A stretch of 63,160 nt of DNA, the filler included, from Welwitschia mirabilis (Eukaryota), in the NCBI GenBank assembly GCA_051453625.1. It is 5 parts of one record of this genome, joined end to end, with 100 filler letters (N's around TTAATTAATTAA, not from the genome) between each part and the next. Parts side by side here need not be neighbours in the genome. Positions count along the whole stretch, not along the records: positions 1 to 29,293 come from JBOZIK010000001.1; 4 more parts are not named here. One strand, given 5' to 3'. This document shows positions 14,444-26,735 of this stretch, piece after piece; within the stretch, counting starts at the first letter, position 1, and each line of letters begins with the position of its first letter. The notes under the pieces are model-generated. The model was not told the DNA's origin. It saw only the letters and a program-made list of their open reading frames with translations, and searched no databases. Made by a program: the position numbers and the translations under genes.

Positions 14444-17400
14444 AAAATGATTTAATTTTAGTACTTAAGATACATAAAGAGTTTAAGAACACTTAACTAT
14501 ATATTATGAGATTCAAAAAGATTTGGGCATTGATTTTTCATTATTTTTCTATAGCTCTCAAGTGGCTTCATCAACACTATGATTACTCCACTGATCTCTC
14601 TATTTCATAAATTGATAGTTCATTGATCCAAAACTAGTTTTTACTTCTCTATAGTTGAACAATCTAGTTCCGCCTAAATATGAGACCAATTTAACGCATA
14701 AGAAGGATTTGCAATATACTCTCTTAGCATACTTACATAGAAAACATCATGCATATATAATAATCAAGAAGGGAGAGTAATCTTCTATACAATATATCCA
14801 AATCTTTCTAATATTTTAAATAGTCTAATAAATAGAGAAGCTAATTCCGATCTCTTAACTTCTCTCATTACTGATTTCATTGGTGATACTTTAAGAAATA
14901 CATGATCATCTATTTTAAACTTAAGATCTTTTCTTCAATGATCTACATACATCTTTTATCTATATGCTACTTCTTCGAGTTTCTTCTTAATGATATCCAT
15001 TTTTACTTTTCATTTCTTATAACATTTCTGGTTCTATCATCAATTTTTCTTCAGATTCTGTCTAGGAAGTGGGTGCTCTATATTTTCTACCATATAGGGC
15101 TTCAAATGGAGCCATTTGAATTGAACTTTGATAATTACTATTATATGCAAATTCCACTAATGGTAGGTGCTTTTTTCAACTCTTGAAGAATATCTAAAAT
15201 ACATGCTCTGAGAATATCTTTTAAAATTTGATTAACTCTTTCTACCTGATCATTTGTTTGAGAATGAAATGTAGTGCTCATAGTTAACTTTGTTGATAAA
15301 CCCATTTGTAATTCTTGCTAAACTTAAAAGTAAATTTTGAATCTCTACCAGAGATAATTATAAAGGCACACCATGTAATGGAAAAAAATTTTGAATATAT
15401 ACTTTAGCTATATCTTTAGTATCCTAAGTAGATTGTACTGAAATAAAATGTACTAACTTAGTTATTCTATTAGTTATTATCATGATAGAGTTATTACCTC
15501 TTTGAGTTTTTGAAAGTCCTATAATAAAGTCCACGAAAATTACATTCCATTTATATTATAGAATATCATGAGAATAAAGTAATCCTGCTGGATTTATATG
15601 TTTAACTTATTGATAATTTAGGTATTTTAACACAAATTCTACTATATCTTTTTCATCTCTAATCACAAAATTTTTGTTTCATGTTTTGATACATTTTAGT
15701 TCCTTTAGGATAATCTGCTATAGGTGGATTATGAAATTCAAACATTAGCTTATGTCTAATACCATCTACATTAGAAATAAAAATCTTCCCTTAAATCTAA
15801 TAATACCATCTAAATCAATCGTAAAATATTCTGAATCCATTAATTTTTCTAACTATTCTTTTAATTTTTAATAATTCTCATTCTTTTTTTTTATCTCTCT
15901 AACATAATNNNNNNNNNNNNNNNNNNNNNNNNNNNNNNNNNNNNNNNNNNNNNNNNNNNNNNNNNNNNNNNNNNNNNNNNNNNNNNNNNNNNNNNNNNNN
16001 NNNNNNNNNNNNNNNNNNNNNNNNNNNNNNNNNNNNNNNNNNNNNNNNNNNNNNNNNNNNNNNNNNNNNNNNNNNNNNNNNNNNNNNNNNNNNNNNNNNN
16101 NNNNNNNNNNNNNNNNNNNNNNNNNNNNNNNNNNNNNNNNNNNNNNNNNNNNNNNNNNNNNNNNNNNNNNNNNNNNNNNNNTGAATAGGATAATTTTTCT
16201 CATGAGTTTTAAGTTATATTAATTCATAAGATATTACTCTTTAATCTTGTTTAAGCACTACTCTGAGACTTTCTCCAGATGCATTAGTATAAACTAAAAA
16301 GATATTTGAATCATTTGGCATTACTGAGATAGAATACTAGTTAAGCATTCTTTAAGATAATCTAATGACTGCTGACATTTCTCTATTCATTGAAAGTTTT
16401 TATGTTTTTTGAAAAGGCTTGTTAATGAAGAAGCNNNNNNNNNNNNNNNNNNNNNNNNNNNNNNNNNNNNNNNNNNNNNNNNNNNNNNNNNNNNNNNNNN
16501 NNNNNNNNNNNNNNNNNNNNNNNNNNNNNNNNNNNNNNNNNNNNNNNNNNNNNNNNNNNNNNNNNNNNNNNNNNNNNNNNNNNNNNNNNNNNNNNNNNNN
16601 NNNNNNNNNNNNNNNNNNNNNNNNNNNNNNNNNNNNNNNNNNNNNNNNNNNNNNNNNNNNNNNNNNNNNNNNNNNNNNNNNNNNNNNNNNNNNNNNNNNN
16701 NNNNNNNNNNNNNNNNNNNNNNNNNNNNNNNNNNNNNNNNNNNNNNNNNNNNNNNNNNNNNNNNNNNNNNNNNNNNNNNNNNNNNNNNNNNNNNNNNNNN
16801 NNNNNNNNNNNNNNNNNNNNNNNNNNNNNNNNNNNNNNNNNNNNNNNNNNNNNNNNNNNNNNNNNNNNNNNNNNNNNNNNNNNNNNNNNNNNNNNNNNNN
16901 NNNNNNNNNNNNNNNNNNNNNNNNNNNNNNNNNNNNNNNNNNNNNNNNNNNNNNNNNAAGTTTTTATGTTTTTTTAAAAGGCTTGTTAATGAAGAAGCTA
17001 TATTAGAGAAGTTGACAATGAATCGACAATTATCCCAGAAATATTAAGGAAGATTCTAATCTTCATAATATTTGTAGGTATTGGCCATCTTATAATTACT
17101 CTAACTTTATTTTGATCCACTAATATACCTTCCTTGGATATTACATGATCTAGAAATATTTCTTATGCTTTTCATAAGTCTTAGGATAAATAAGGATAGC
17201 ATTAATAAATATCATTACAAAGGAATCAAGATGTGGTTAAAAGATGTAATTCATAGGGCTTATAAATACTATTGGTGCAACTAAAAGGCATAACAGTTAA
17301 CTCATAATGTTCATAATAGGTTCTAAATGTTGTTTTATGAATAGCTTCTTTCTTAGTTCAAACTTAATAATATCCAAATTTTAGATCAACTTTTCAGAAT

Positions 17401-18575
17401 ACCTTAGCTTCTGTGGGATGATTAAAAAAAGATCATCTATTCTTGATAGTAGATATTTGTTCTTGATGATAACCTTATTTAGTTGTCTCTAGTCAATGCA
17501 TAATCTTATCATTCCATCTTTCTTTATTATAAATAGTTTAAATGCTCCCCATGGTGATAAATTAGGATGAATGAAATCTATTCATAAGATTTCTTCAACT
17601 TGAATTTTTAATTCTTTTATTTTGTAGGGATCATTCTATGTAATGCCTTAGAAACTAATTAGGTTCTTGGAATCAATTCAATGAAAAACTTAACTTCCTA
17701 AAGTGGTGGCATTCATGGTAATTCTATTGTAAATACATCAAGATACTTTTGGACTCATGATATATTCTTTACTAAAGTTTCTCATTTTTTTCAAGCTAAC
17801 TGGTTTTAGATATAGCATTTAAAATAGTTAACATTTCTTAAATTCTCTCTTTGCATACTTTATATTAACTAAATTCTCCATTGTTGATTTATAATGACCT
17901 TAAAAGATTAGTCTTTGACCATGATTTATCATTTCTACTTGATGCTTTTACAATTTATAACTACTCTTTTTTTTTATTAACCAATTCATAACCAAAATAA
18001 TGTCGTATTTTTTTAAGTCAACAAAAATTAGTTATATCTAGAAATCTCCCCCACTTATGGATAAAGTATAGTTGATTAACCTTGGATATGGACCCATTTT
18101 CTAGCTTTATGCATACCTTACTTGGAGCACGACATAATTTTTCTCTTACAATAATCTTAAGAGATATGAAGCAATGAGTTTCTCCATAATCAAATAAAAT
18201 AATCACTTATTTATTAATAGCTAAAGTTTTACCTTCTATGATAGAGCTCTAAAATTTCATCCCTTTATTATCTACTATTGATTGAAGTCATCTTATTGAT
18301 TGAGGAATGTTTTTTGATCTTTGAGTATTTTTTGGTTGCTGTGTGGGAATGTATTTGTTACATGATGGACATTCTTTCACTTCATAATTTCTTTTATATT
18401 AGAAGCGTTTATCTCCATTACATTGATTCTAGTACTGATACTGATTAGGAATTAAAGTTATTATGGTTATAACTCATCTTATGATTATTAGAAGAAAGGT
18501 TATTAAAGATATATTTAAATTTAAATTTATAAATTTATCAATGCTTAATATAGGTAGTAGTTAAGTTAACCTAGA

Positions 18576-18587
18576 GATTTGATACCA
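18576..18587 (-). promoter_or_regulatory. tRNA-Met PBS of the Tekay/Del element
   Basis: Minus strand TGGTATCAAATC resembles TGGTATCAGAGC and lies next to the LTR boundary at ~18591. Confidence 0.7.
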
Positions 18588-18590
18588 AAT

Positions 18591-21500
18591 TATGATACAC
18601 TATCTTTACTTATCCTAATTAAGCACTATTTCCCCTCTTTTTTTCTTCCTTCATTATTTAATATTATTAGCTAATAGATACAATGAAACCTAGGATTAAA
18701 TTTTACTTATTCCTTTATTAGCATTCTTATATTTTAAGAAAAACAAATCATATTAGTATTATANNNNNNNNNNNNNNNNNNNNNNNNNNNNNNNNNNNNN
18801 NNNNNNNNNNNNNNNNNNNNNNNNNNNNNNNNNNNNNNNNNNNNNNNNNNNNNNNNNNNNNNNNNNNNNNNNNNNNNNNNNNNNNNNNNNNNNNNNNNNN
18901 NNNNNNNNNNNNNNNNNNNNNNNNNNNNNNNNNNNNNNNNNNNNNNNNNNNNNNNNNNNNNNNNNNNNNNNNNNNNNNNNNNNNNNNNNNNNNNNNNNNN
19001 NNNNNNNNNNNNNNNNNNNNNNNNNNNNNNNNNNNNNNNNNNNNNNNNNNNNNNNNNNNNNNNNNNNNNNNNNNNNNNNNNNNNNNNNNNNNNNNNNNNN
19101 NNNNNNNNNNNNNNNNNNNNNNNNNNNNNNNNNNNNNNNNNNNNNNNNNNNNNNNNNNNNNNNNNNNNNNNNNNNNNNNNNNNNNNNNNNNNNNNNNNNN
19201 NNNNNNNNNNNNNNNNNNNNNNNNNNNNNNNNNNNNNNNNNNNNNNNNNNNNNNNNNNNNNNNNNNNNNNNNNNNNNNNNNNNNNNNNNNNNNNNNNNNN
19301 NNNNNNNNNNNNNNNNNNNNNNNNNNNNNNNNNNNNNNNNNNNNNNNNNNNNNNNNNNNNNNNNNNNNNNNNNNNNNNNNNNNNNNNNNNNNNNNNNNNN
19401 NNNNNNNNNNNNNNNNNNNNNNNNNNNNNNNNNNNNNNNNNNNNNNNNNNNNNNNNNNNNNNNNNNNNNNNNNNNNNNNNNNNNNNNNNNNNNNNNNNNN
19501 NNNNNNNNNNNNNNNNNNNNNNNNNNNNNNNNNNTATTATATATTTTTCTATAATTAATGCTTAGGTTATTTTGGTTTATAAGTAATAGCAATGTCAAAA
19601 GTTTGTATTCTCTAATTATTCCTAGATTTTTGTCACATAGAAAGATATGTTGGGAATAGTTGAGAAGATGTAAACTTGTTATAAACATACATGGATAATT
19701 TTAAGAATAATACCTGATTAATATAATTGGAGGTTACAATTCCTATTAATAGAATTTCAACTCGATATCTAGTCACCTTTCAAATGTGAGTTGGTTCTTC
19801 TTCACCTTCTAAACTATACAAACATGGCTGGGCTCAACTCTATAGGCTTACACTTCATCTCGATATACCCCAAATATAGGTGATAGGTAGTACGTGAGAT
19901 TGATGCATACTTATAAATGGCCCTTGCTTCCTTGAAACATCTCTAGATGGTGTAACATGATCTATTGATGCCAAGGGCTCGAGAAATTAAGTCAAAGTAA
20001 GTTTATACATGAGTAGGATAGAAAAGTAGTGATTAAATCCATTTCCAAAGGTATTATATGCAACCCACCTTGGTAATGAAATCCAAGTGTGGAATGATCA
20101 TTATTAGAATTATCTTGATTTAGTCCTGTTTGATAAATACACTACACAAATGCATACATGTAATTCTAAATAATATGAATATTTAATGGATTATTTACCT
20201 AGTTATAATAATTCTAATCATCATTGGGTTTATTGTATAGAAACAATCATAAACGAGAAAACAAGCATACTAGAATATATTATATTTTAGATTATAATAA
20301 TAAAAATCCAAATAAAAGAAATATTCTTTTTTTCCTTTTAATATTAAATCACATCTTAATAATGTACTTAAAGAAATTAATTCATACTTCAAGTTATGCT
20401 AATCCTAGTAGCATTCTTCCATGCTTATATAATAATCTTCATGGATTGATGCACTAAGAATAAATGAAGGAAAGTATAGCTCAAGCATGGTTGTTAAGAT
20501 ATAAATATTTATTCAAAACATCATATGGCTATATTATAAGTTAAGAAAATAAGTGTTAAGCCAAAGACTATTTATGTTACTTAAACTAATAAGGTACAAA
20601 CACTTATAAACATACACATTTAAAGTAAGATAAAGGAAAAAGATAAAAGAGGCATTACTACAAATAACATATTATTTCTAAGTAATTTAACTTAAGGCTA
20701 CTAATAGAAATATATCATCTATACTCAAAAACCCTATAAAATTTTATGTCATAAATTTTTTATAATTTAAACATTAATTATAACATTTTTGGACTCTAAG
20801 TAGACGTCATAGTAAAAAATTAATAATTAATTAATTATGAAGCAAAAAAAAACATTACAGTAGTTTTTCATAAACTGGACTAGTATAGAATCCTTAAAAT
20901 CTAACTTAAAGTATCTTAGAATTTCAAATATATTATTTCTAAGGTCATCATTTAAGGTTAAAAACTACTAAGTTTCCTAAAATAACAATCCTACCACACT
21001 ATACTAAAATGATCATAACTTTCAAAATACTTTGAGTTTTTAAATGATTCAAGATGTTTTAGAAATATTATTTAATTTTCTACAATTTAGAATGCTAAAG
21101 TTTGTAGATATCTTAATTGATAGTTATAAAAACATAAATTAATTACTTGGTATTTTTTGTATTTATTTCCTAATGTATTTTAACAAATAAAATCTTTAAA
21201 AATTATTACACATAAAAAAATTACTATTTTTACATTTTCACATTCATAATACAATCTTAGACTTATAGGAAAAAAATTACTAATTTATACCTACTAGTTA
21301 ATAAGCTATAGTGTTTTTATCTTATGCCTCTATTCAGGAAATTTAACTTTCATTAAAGAAAATGTATTAGAGGTTCAAAAATTTATGAAGGAAAATCAAA
21401 TCAATTTACAAAAGCATTTATGTTGAGACGTAGGATCACCATGAAGGAGTACTAGTGTAAAAGAGATTTTTTAAGGATCAGACTTTGTCCCTAATAAGAT

Positions 21501-22780
21501 AGACCTAAAGCATAATGAATGATAAATATATTATTATGTATATTAATCCAAAATAAACATAGGTATCCAAGCATATAGTTAATCCTTAAAGTGGTCACTT
21601 AGAAATAAACATTTATTAGTAACCTTAATCACCAAGTATAAGAGACCCCTCATATCTCCCCACATCTTGGTGAGAGCCAATGGGAGGGAATAATATAATT
21701 TAAAGATATATCATAAATAGTTGTCTAATGCAAGTATTACATCATTTTACTAAAATATTAAAAGCGATCATAACTATAATATGAGTAAAGAGCTTACTTG
21801 GAAAGATTGGTAAATCCTTGATGGTTGAAGATTGATGAAAATCTAGACTCAAGATTTTCTTAGCTTTAAGCTTTCAAGTTTCAAGCTCCACAAGTAAGAG
21901 AATGAAAGAAAGAGAGGAAATAAGTAAATGCACTTGTATGAAAAAATGGAAAGTATCCCCTCTTTTCAAGACAGAAAAGAAACTCTATATATAGATAAAT
22001 AACACACATAGCTTAGGATCACAAGATCACATGATTTAGAATTGATAGATGGGATGGATAATAAGTAACATTGGAATACAAATAGAGATCATATTTATGA
22101 CTCATGCACCTAACTAGGGGAAGTAATCTTCTTAATTTAATTAGCAAGGTTAATTACATGCATCATTTCATCATGCTAGCTCCTTCTTAATCCTTCATAG
22201 ATTCATAAGTACATTTAATTCATCCAAAACATGTATTAAAAGACAAAAAATAGGCTATGAATCAAGTGCTCTTATACATCTCAAAAACATAAAAATCATG
22301 GTAGAGTAAATCTAGTTATTTATTATTCCCGGTTCTAGGTAAGAGTACATGTACTTGTTTACATGCTCATTTATTTCATAAGGCATAAAATATATCAATC
22401 ACATAACATAGGGAATAAAATGTCTATTCTAATATAGTACACCTATCATATTTACCAATAATTTAAATGAGTAAATAAGATGTAAAATATATCGTTATGT
22501 TCTCTTGAAATTTTTAATTTATTATTTTTATCATGTGATTTTAATTTCTTACAAAACGGGTTATCTAATTTTAAATGTTTGGATAGCTTATCACATAAAA
22601 ATCTTCTAACATAATTATTATCATTTTCATGATGAATTATAAAAATTACAAATTAAGGTTTATTTAAAATTCCATCTTATTTTGATAAGGCCTTTAAAGA
22701 AGAGTAATTAATCATCTAATTAAAAGCTTAATATACTTAATATTTAAGTAATTAAGGCTTAAGAATTATGGGATATGACA
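18591..22780 (-). repeat. 5' LTR of the Tekay/Del element (~4.2 kb including a gap)
   Basis: Termini tatgatacac...ggatatgaca form a decayed TG..CA inverted pair; long homology to 9640-14430; TATA-like ctatatatag near 21985. Confidence 0.85.
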
Positions 22781-22929
22781 TGTATTTACTTGGAACAATA
22801 ATTTAAAAAACTTAGACCAACATTTTACGTGTAAATTTTCTATATAGCATATATTTTCTTTGAGATATCCATTTTGGAAATCTCTTAACAAGCGAAATTT
22901 ACTTATGTTGTTTTTAGTTTTAACGGAAT

Positions 22930-23940
22930 TTTACATAAGGATAATAATGGCTACCATTATTATCATTAAAAATAACCACATATTGACTTTAAAACTATGG
23001 TCTTTATGGTAGATTTTAAGTTGTTTCTAAAGGATAAGGACAATAACCCTTATTTATTTATTTTTATTTTTCACTACTACATCCTTCTTTAAAGAATGAG
23101 AATAATTATTTTTATTATTAGCTACATTGAAAAATATGCTCTTAATTGTAGATTTTTTGTGTTATTTTTTAAAAATATTTATTCATTTTGTATTCTTCAT
23201 CATTCATTAGCATTTGCATTATGTATTCTACATCTTTATTTCAAAATAAAACATTATTAAATCATATGCTATTCTTCTCTTATGTCCTCTTTTAGTTTGT
23301 TAAATAATGATAAATGCAATCAAATCATATATGATAAATTTAGCATCAAGATGGTTACTTAAATTCTTATCATGCACATGATTCATTAAGCTAATTTATT
23401 ACAAAATGATCCTTGCTTCATGAATTGTTCTTAATGTTAAATCCTTGGTCATTTTATTTTTAAGTAAATGTTCATTGATTATTTTAGTGTGCCTATTGAT
23501 AGGCCTCTAACCTACATGATAACCCTTATTTTTTGGTTTCTTATCTTTTCTTAAAGGAAAAATACTCTTATTACAATGCATAAGAACAATCACTCTTATT
23601 ATTGAGTATTATGATGATAGCTTTTCTTGTTAAATGCAAGGATGACTATAATTATTATTAGGAATAAGGATAACCTTTCTTATTATATGATGTAAGGGTG
23701 ATCATTACTTTTATTCTTTAGCATCAACTTTTCTTTGGAGGATAAAAATGACATCCCTTATGCTTATTTGCTCCATATTTCTATGAAGGATAAGAACAAT
23801 AATACTTAGTGATTATTGAATACTTTATATTTCTTTGTAACATAAGGACAACCATTGTTATTAATAAGTGATTATTACCTTATATTTCTTTGTAACATAA
23901 GGACAATCATTGTTATTAATAAGTGATTATTACCTATTTC
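22930..23940. repeat. Dispersed ATAAGGACAA-like motifs ending in a near-perfect 55-bp tandem duplication (23825-23879 / 23880-23934)
   Basis: About ten variants of (g/c)ataagga(c/t)aa..a.ccttatt are visible; the 55-bp unit ttatatttctttgtaacataaggacaaccattgttattaataagtgattattacc is repeated with one mismatch. Confidence 0.7.
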
Positions 23941-24099
23941 ATGTTCCAATGGAGAATAATAAAGATTAATAAAAGAGTCAAGTAACTCTAAGATAGATAT
24001 TGATATGATCTTAAATGATGAGTCTAATTAAAATAGATGGAATGATGGATACATATTAATAATAAAGACAAGGTAAAGGTATAGAGATAATTTAGAAGA

Positions 24100-24940
24100 G
24101 AATAATAATTTTTCACTCATAGATGTTAATGCTAAAAAAATGAAAAGTGTCCAATTAAATATGGTATTTGTCATTACTTTTGATTATAAAGGAATTATCA
24201 TTATTAAATGATATAGAAGTATACACTTACATATGAGATTGTTGAAATGTTTCAAGCTATATTTTGTAAGATATTAGACATTAAAATCATTTATTTTATG
24301 AATAGGGTGGATATAATTCAAATTAAAAAGAGAAGGAATTCAAGGTAGTTAATGAGATTTAGCATTGATGATGTCTTTCTTATTATAGAAAACCAACGCA
24401 TGTTATAGGGTTTTTAATAATTTATGCTAGATTTAGAGGTGTTTTATTGTATTTTTAGGTCTTTGATGATATGATCATGACATTATTTAAGTTATAAGTA
24501 TTTTAACACATTATGAAGAATATTTCAACAATGATAAGCTAGAGCAAGGATGTAATGAGGTAATCATGAAGAGTTGGAGATTTCTCTAGGATTATCATTC
24601 AAGTTATTACATCCTTAACATGGACACCACTAATAATCTAAGTACTTCTTTGAATATAATTTATAGAGATTGTCAGTGAAGTCTCCTCTATGATCAAAAT
24701 GACTTCTAAAGAGTGCTTATGAAGTTCTTATGTTATCTACACTATTTGTAAGCTTTCAATTTTAACGAACTTATAAAAATGTTATTTAATGATTCATATA
24801 CTTTTAAAAATATCAAATTTACCAAACTTTTATGTTTAAAATATCATATATCAAAATTGCATCAAGATTATGTTATTTTGTTTAGTTTTGAAGTGATTTT
24901 AGAGTATTTTTGAACATTTTATCCAAATTAAGACATTACT
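24100..24940 (+). pseudogene. Probable hAT-superfamily transposase relic
   Basis: Ordered, decayed matches to recalled plant hAT motifs: VVNEI..DDV (~24345), LF.VISIL (~24483), EVIMKSWR...HSSYYILN (~24557-24620; cf. IIDRRW...HAAAYYLNP), SIFEH (~24904; cf. CERNWSTFEH). Heavily deleted. Confidence 0.42.
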
Positions 24941-26066
24941 TCTTTACTTTATCACTTATTATTATCATTTGCCTTTTCATAGTTTAATTCCACATCAATT
25001 TCATCTATGAGTATGTGTTAGGATGTTTGAGATGGATTCATTTCACTTGTTTTAAAATAGCTTGAGGGCTGCATCAACTTGTAAGCCTTTAGATGATTGA
25101 ACATCAATAAAGTGGTCTTCTTATCAATTAAATCATTTATATATACCTTTTAAAATATGTTATTTTAATTTTTAAAATATTTATATTTATTATTTTAGCA
25201 CTTTTAAAAAACTTTGTGTCCCTTTGTTAAGTCTTTAGCATTGAAACGAAAGTAGATGTTAATATTTAATAGTTGTTCATGGTGTTTTTATTTATATTCA
25301 ATTATTTAAAATAGGATAAGAGTATTTTGAATATAAATATCCAAAAATGTTGGATTTATTATTCATTTCTCTACTTTACTATCATTTTTTATCAAAAACT
25401 ACCGTTTTTAATTCTAAAATACTCCTAAGTCATTTTTAAATGTTCTCTACTTTTTTTTATTTCATAATTCATTTTAATGGTTTTCATTATTTACATAATC
25501 TAATGCTATTGTAATTTTGTAAATGTTTAACTTCCCTTTTTGTTAGTCATTTTTTGACCATTTTGTAAAAGTATTATTTTTAAGCATGTATTTTATATAT
25601 AATTTTATAAAACCCTTGAAAAACCCCTTAATACATATAAATTTTCATAGGGAATATTTTCTTGACTTCTTTGAGAAAATTCACAATTTAGAATTTATAT
25701 TTGTCTTTAGTCTTAGATAATTTTTTTGCCTATAGTTTTTTTAAATATAGCTTCACTTTTAACACTTTGTTTCTTAATTAGATGAAATTTTTTAACGAAA
25801 TTTAATTCTTTATTATATATGAAATTTTAATATTTTTCATAATCAAATTCTTAATAACTCAGCTTAAAGGAGGCCTCTAAATGTTGTTTTTGCATGTTGT
25901 ACCTAGCGTCTTTTATTTTCATTTGATTGAAAATTTCATTTTTGAGTTAGAAATCATTTACAAATTACTTTATATCCTATAATATATTATTTTAAGAGTT
26001 ATTAAATTCCAAATTATTTCTCAATACTTTCTCTTTCCTATGTTTTCTCTCTTTTTCCAATTGCAG

Positions 26067-26117
26067 ACTGAATATATGTTATTAAAGCAGGGGCTTGGAA
26101 CAAAATTCTATGCATGA
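26067..26117 (+). CDS. Candidate orphan terminal exon (TEYMLLKQGLGTKFYA*), gene unknown
   Basis: Long polypyrimidine tract plus ttgcag acceptor (26028-26066); only phase 0 stays open beyond five codons; lies in a less decayed island. No homology recognised. Confidence 0.3.
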   Translation, partial: TEYMLLKQGLGTKFYA

Positions 26118-26464
26118 TTCATGCATGTTAAGCCATTCATATACATTAATTAATGTGATAAGATATTATTTGATCATGTTACACACAAATTATCAAGCTT
26201 CTATCAGATGTTTTTCTTAAACTGCAAGATACATTTAATAAAACTACAATTTTTTTTCAATATATTTAATCATATATGATTGTATTAAATGATTTTAGTG
26301 ATAGATACACCTTATTTGAAATGTAGTAAATGATTATTAACTTTTACTTTATATGAAATACTCAATGTAAATCATATCCTTTCATGTGTGGAAAGTGAAA
26401 ATTTAATGATGTACACTTAATAGTTTAGACATCTCTAATAATATGACTCATTATATGTAAGAAT

Positions 26465-26735
26465 TTATATTTGTATTTCCCACCAATAGTGGATAGGTAA
26501 TTTTGTGCCACACTAATGCCCAGTGGCACCTAGGCTTACAGAGATTATTTCGTTTATATTCCTTGCCACTGCTGGGGTTTGAAATTTGGACCTCTAGGTC
26601 CATGTGTTTGTGATCTTAACACTCTGGTAAGCAGTCATTAACAAAACAAACGATGGAATGCGTGTCGCATAGATTTGAACTATAGATCATCCATCATGCT
26701 ACTTATCAACTCTTGCCATTACATTAAGCCAGTGG
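26465..26735 (-). mobile_element. tRNA-derived SINE-like sequence with two tandem tRNA-like heads
   Basis: Head 1: A-box-like TGGCTTAATGTAATGG (~26715-26731) and B-box-like AGTTCAAATCT (26671-26681). Head 2: CTTACCAGAGTGTTA (26617-26631) and GAGGTCCAAATTTCAAACCCC (26574-26595), followed by a GC-richer body. Confidence 0.5.

Larger units (their letters stand above)
14431..18590 (-). mobile_element. Ty3/gypsy chromovirus (Tekay/Del-like) internal region: PR-RT-(RH)-INT-chromodomain, degenerate
   Basis: Protease ILFDYGETHCFIS (18018-18206); RT LSPWGA and IRLCID*RQLNKVIIKNKYLLSRIDD (~17430-17560); integrase MSTTFHSQTNDQVERVNQILKDILRAC (~15200-15280); HDVFYVSMLREY (~14715-14750); chromodomain-like QWSNHSVDEAT*E...CPNLF (~14515-14595). 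Confidence 0.9.

Noticed and set aside
26570..26735. Functional tRNA genes
   Set aside because: The boxes are degenerate and I could not build a cloverleaf; treated as SINE-like.
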